Assembly: GCF_009914755.1 (NCBI RefSeq)
Contig: NC_060928.1
Length of the DNA stretch: 64,000 nt
Reading direction: 5' to 3' (one strand)
DNA from: the human T2T-CHM13v2.0 reference genome, Homo sapiens
Shown: positions 57,066-64,000 of the stretch, in pieces
Numbering within the stretch: position 1 is the first letter of the stretch
Layout of the letters: each line of letters starts with the position of its first letter
Notes under the pieces: model-generated
Seen by the model: the letters and a program-made list of their open reading frames with translations, nothing else
Told to the model about the DNA's origin: nothing
Databases searched by the model: none
Translations under genes and position numbers: made by a program

Positions 57066-57520
57066 AGCAGGAAGTAGAGGCCAGCAAGCGAGCAAAACTT
57101 CATTTGTATTTACAGGCACTCCCCATTGCTTGCATTACTGCCTGAGCTCCATCTCCTGTCAGATCAGCAGCAGCATTAGATTCTCATAGGAGTGTGAACC
57201 CTATTGTGAACTGCACATTGAGGGATCTAGGTTGCGTGCACCTTCTGAGAATCTAATACCTGAAGATCTGTCATTATCTCCCATCACCCCCAGATGGGAC
57301 CGTCTAGTTGCAGAAAAAATAAGCTCAAGGCTCCCACTGTTTCTACATTATGGTGAGCCGTATAATTATTTCATTATACATTACAATGTCATAATAATAG
57401 AAATAAAGTGCACAATAAATGTAATGCACTCAAATCATCCCCATACCCCCTTGACTTTGGTCTGTGGGAAAATTATCTTCCATGAAATTGGTCCCTGGTG
57501 CCAAAAGTTGGGGACCACTG
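57066..57520 (+). mobile_element. MER1A (hAT-Charlie), left end missing
   Basis: MER1 core plus MER1A-specific ccatcacccccagatgggaccgtctagttgcag segment; right TIR gttggggaccactg. Confidence 0.88.
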
Positions 57521-58704
57521 CTCAATGATACAAACATTGTGTTTTATGCTTTATAGGTTCTGTGTATACTTCTGTGTTGCACATATATTGTTCACTGATG
57601 AGATTGTAACCAATTTGAGGACACAGACTACTTCTGACTCAAATACTTATGATCTGCAGCATATTATACTAAGGAATATAGAATTCATATTTTAATTTTG
57701 TTCAGGAGCTGAAAATTAGACAGCTTTTGTTTTTAAGAAAATTGAGTGCAAGCATAATGACAAAAACTAGCATCTAATTGCTTCCAAATACATTAAGACC
57801 AAAACTGGCAAGTTTAAGACAGACTAAAATTGGACCTTATTAATCTTTATTTCACAACAACAAAAAAGTACATTTATTGAGGTTAAATATCCCCAGCCTT
57901 TTACTTAAAAGAAATAACCTCTATGACTCAGAACATCTGAGTCTTAGATACTCTACCAAAAAGTGCTGCAACCAGATACTCTACCAAAAAGTGCTGAGAA
58001 AACTAGGAAAACTAATAAAGATTGCATAGAAAATAAACTCTATCTTACTATAATGCTTATAAGTGAAGTAAGAGAAGATGCTTCTAAATAATATTTACGA
58101 GGAAAATATATATGAAAATGATGCCTAAAATTGTTACTAAAATGTAGCAGCTAAAACCAAATCACATTAATGATGCTTAAATCACTGGCATCCTACTCAG
58201 CCATTAGTACATTTTATAGGTGATTTTTACACTGCTACTTCACAATAATTACTTATCAACTTGGAAACAATCTTTCCCTGATAATTCTGGCTGTTTTTGT
58301 TTAATAAGTGCTATGCTTAATAAGTGCTTAAGTGGATACAGAATCCCATATGGCCTCTTCCTATAAATGTCACTCTGTCCATCAGCAATATTGATAAGCT
58401 TGAGAAAAACAATCTACAGCTCAAGGCATCGTGCTTAGCTTACAGAAGAGAAACTTGGATGCTATTTTCTTTTGTCTTGTAAAAATGAAGACTATGTTCT
58501 TCATAATGATTGATAGGACATACAAACTAATATTTAGAAACTTCATTTAACAGAGAATATATTTTAGAATGCACTGGGTTAGGTGAGATTTGAGGATAAG
58601 CTGGTGAGAAATAAACTTTTTGTTTCATCAGTAGGTTATGCCTAAACTCTCCTGTTTCTGGAAAAACTTTGCTGTGTAAGGGTGTTGTCTGGCTTGGTTT
58701 TTGC

Positions 58705-58709
<5 letters not shown>

Positions 58710-58748
<39 letters not shown>
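58710..58748. repeat. (TG)~19 microsatellite
   Basis: Direct reading. Confidence 0.97.
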
Positions 58749-58749
<1 letters not shown>

Positions 58750-58976
58750 CTGTCAGTCATTTGAGCCCATTTCAAAGCATCTACCCTGAAGAAACTTTCA
58801 CTTCCTTGATTAATCCAGGTATAGATCATAAGGACTTGAATAAGACAACTGTGGTTACCATAATGAAATCAGTGTCTTGTTCAGATTATATAGGAAGATA
58901 ATCAAGGTGGAGATTACATGTAAGAATGAGCCTGGGAGCATGCCTGCTGTGGATTTTAACTTTAGCTCAGTCCTAC

Positions 58977-61593
<2,617 letters not shown>

Positions 61594-63049
61594 CCTACCA
61601 ACAAGCTGTTGCTTCCTAACTTAAGAATCCCAGCACATGCTTCCTTCTCAGACCCTTTCCCATTCATCTGCTCCTTATCCCCTTCCTAAAAGCACACAGT
61701 AACCCACTCATAGCATTCATCAATGCTTTCTCCCCTGTCCTAGCCAGAATCATAAATAAGTAGAATGGAGCTCACCTAGGAAGCTGAAGAACAGCTTACA
61801 GTGTTGGAAAAACCCTAAGAAAGAAGAAATAGAATAATTTGAGAAGTACTAGAATAATCTGTGAAATTAATCAAGAATGCTCTGTCCCTATTTAGAAGGT
61901 GGCATAAGAATTTTCATGTGGGTCCATTCTGCTTATATAACAGTTTGCTGTTTCCCTTGGAGAAGCCATGATATCTCTATTTCAGTTTTTTTCACTTATA
62001 ATATACAGTCATCTATTTTTAGGGCTGCTTAAGATAAAATGGGAAAGTGATGATTAACAGTATTTCCAGATCCTTAAAAGAAACTTAGTTTAATCTATTA
62101 GAAATCTCAAAGTTACATGTGATGTTAAGGCATATCACATATATTAGATTGGGTTTATAGAATATTTGTTTCCTCTTTTCCTTGACATGGTCTTTGATGT
62201 TCTATTTCTATCTTTACTATGTTTGTATATATGCCTCTTATTAAAAGTATTTAAAATTATTTTGGAAGGGGACAGGTGTCAACATAAATAAAGTAAAACT
62301 TTTAGATAAAGGCAAATTATCAGGGGAACAATAGCCATAGAGTGTCACTGTTACAATTATAGTTGCATTATTGGATCTGCTTGCCTGAAAGGATTTGGGT
62401 TTTGTTATCTTCCTAGAAAAAAAAGAAGTTGAGAAACTATTAACCTTTGATAACCTTTACAATATTTTTTCAAGTTTGCCATGTGCCACCAAGGGAACAT
62501 TTCCAAGCAGAGCAGAAAATTCATTAGACTTGAGTGTTTCAAATATCTATATCAAGGACAAGGACAAAACTGCTGTCATAGAGAAAAGGCTGGTGCACTA
62601 GTGCACAATAACTTCAATTTTTCTTCATCTGGGTCTAGTGACCCATTCCGTAAAAATGCCAACACTGCACTATTTGATCCAGAGGAACTGGGGTGATGAC
62701 ATCAAGATAAACGCTGTTTGTTCAGAAAGTCCCATGCACAGCACCACAAGACTACAGTCCTGATAATATTCACAGTCTCATTCAGTAGAGTCCAAAGTGA
62801 CATCTGGTTTGGATGACTTTTGTGGAAATTTTGGCTGAAGTCTTTCTGTTTCCCAAAAGCAAAAACTTTAAATTAATGGGAACAGTAAGGTTAAATTAAG
62901 GTATATTTTATAGTAATCAGATAATATTAGACGTTTGATTAATGAGGTGAACAACAACTATAATTGTGATATCTTTATGTACCAATTTAGCTTTGCAAAC
63001 TTTTAAAATATACACATAAATCACTGTTTAATTATTTTCTAAAAATACT

Positions 63050-63640
63050 TTAGCCCATTTTATATCACCTCCTCTGTCTCTGTCTCTTCTCTTGGCTTCT
63101 GTCACGTGATTTTGTCCTGACTTTCCTCCTGTCTCTCTCTTCTCTCCCTCATGAGCCTCTAGTTTCCTCATGCCCTGGGGCCTCTTCTGTTCTCACTCCA
63201 TGTTTATCCTGGGTCTTTTCATCTGATTTTATGCTGATGGCTTTTATGTCAAATCAAACATGCCCCAAACCGAACTCATAATCTCACCTGTTTCCATGCC
63301 CGACTCTCAGTTTCAGGGAATTGCACTGCCACCTACCTGATTTCCAAAGACACAAACCTTCTAAGTGAAACCACATTTTCAATCTCTCTTTTGACTTCTT
63401 GTGATCCTATGTGCTCACAATCTCTTGGACTCTTTCCTTCTTCCCATCCTTACTGCCTTCACCTTGGATCAGGTTCTCACCCTTCCCACTTGGATGCCTG
63501 TAACAGCCTCTTAGCCTTCCCACCTAGGATACCTGTTCAGGTATCCTGCTCCAAACTTTGAATCCCAAATGTCTCCCTACATAGCCTCTCTAAAATAGAA
63601 ATCTGATTATGCCATTTCCAGCTTAAACCCTTCAGTAAAT
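63050..63640 (+). mobile_element. L2 ORF2 3' relic
   Basis: caaacatgccccaaaccgaactcataatct...cacttggatgcctgtaacagcctc...aaatctgattatgccatt. Confidence 0.65.
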
Positions 63641-63769
63641 CCTCGTTGATTCTGGGATGGTGTGTGTGAGTGCATATACGAGAGAGAGGAAAGAGGTGGG
63701 GAGAAAGAGAGAGAGAGAAGGAGAAGGAGCATAGGCTAGGCTTTGGTGTCACACTCTCTTGATTCAAAT

Positions 63770-63950
63770 CCACACAACAATATGACATCAGTCAGATCAC
63801 TGAAACTCTTTAACCTGAGTTTTTTCCATTGTCCAGTGGGGATAAGAACTGTATCTAACTCATAGGGCGAGTTGTGAGAATAGACTGAGTTAAAACATGC
63901 AAAGCACTTAGCCCAGTGTCTGGCATATGTTTAGATGTTGATTATTGTTG
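63770..63950 (+). mobile_element. MIR
   Basis: cctgagttttttccattgt...gtatctaactcatagggcgagttgtgagaat...aaagcacttagcccagtgtctggcata. Confidence 0.75.
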
Positions 63951-64000
63951 GTTATTGTTACATTACCTTACAAAGTCCAAACTCCTCAGCATTACACACG

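Noticed and set aside
63323-63340. CTCF-like actgccacctacctg
   Set aside because: Lacks the CCA half of the core and lies within an L2 relic.

Overview
Primate (very probably human) genomic DNA, AT-rich and repeat-dense, not prokaryotic. The + strand carries two internal coding exons (6772-6957, 186 nt; 10945-11128, 184 nt) of a polypeptide GalNAc-transferase. The spliced peptide ([124 protein letters not shown]) is GALNT10-like and best fits GALNTL6. Everything after 11128 is one long intron (>52 kb), filled with 12 Alus across the window, MIR/L2/L1 relics, MER1 hAT elements, MaLR LTRs, a MER21-like LTR and an LTR-int-LTR THE1C element with a perfect 5-bp TSD. Nearly all ORFs in the supplied track are spurious. 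I cannot demonstrate a wholly new system. The best leads are: (1) a sense THE1C 5' LTR with a DUX4 motif and a strong splice donor; (2) a CpG-rich, apparently non-repeat block at 53.14-53.44 kb with two hairpins and a C/D-box-like layout; (3) a stop codon, G4, alternative donor and AATAAA at the second exon's donor; (4) inverted Alus bracketing the two exons (circRNA geometry); (5) micro-rearrangement scars. Repeat subfamily names come from recalled consensus sequences, not a database run, and boundaries of old repeats are approximate.
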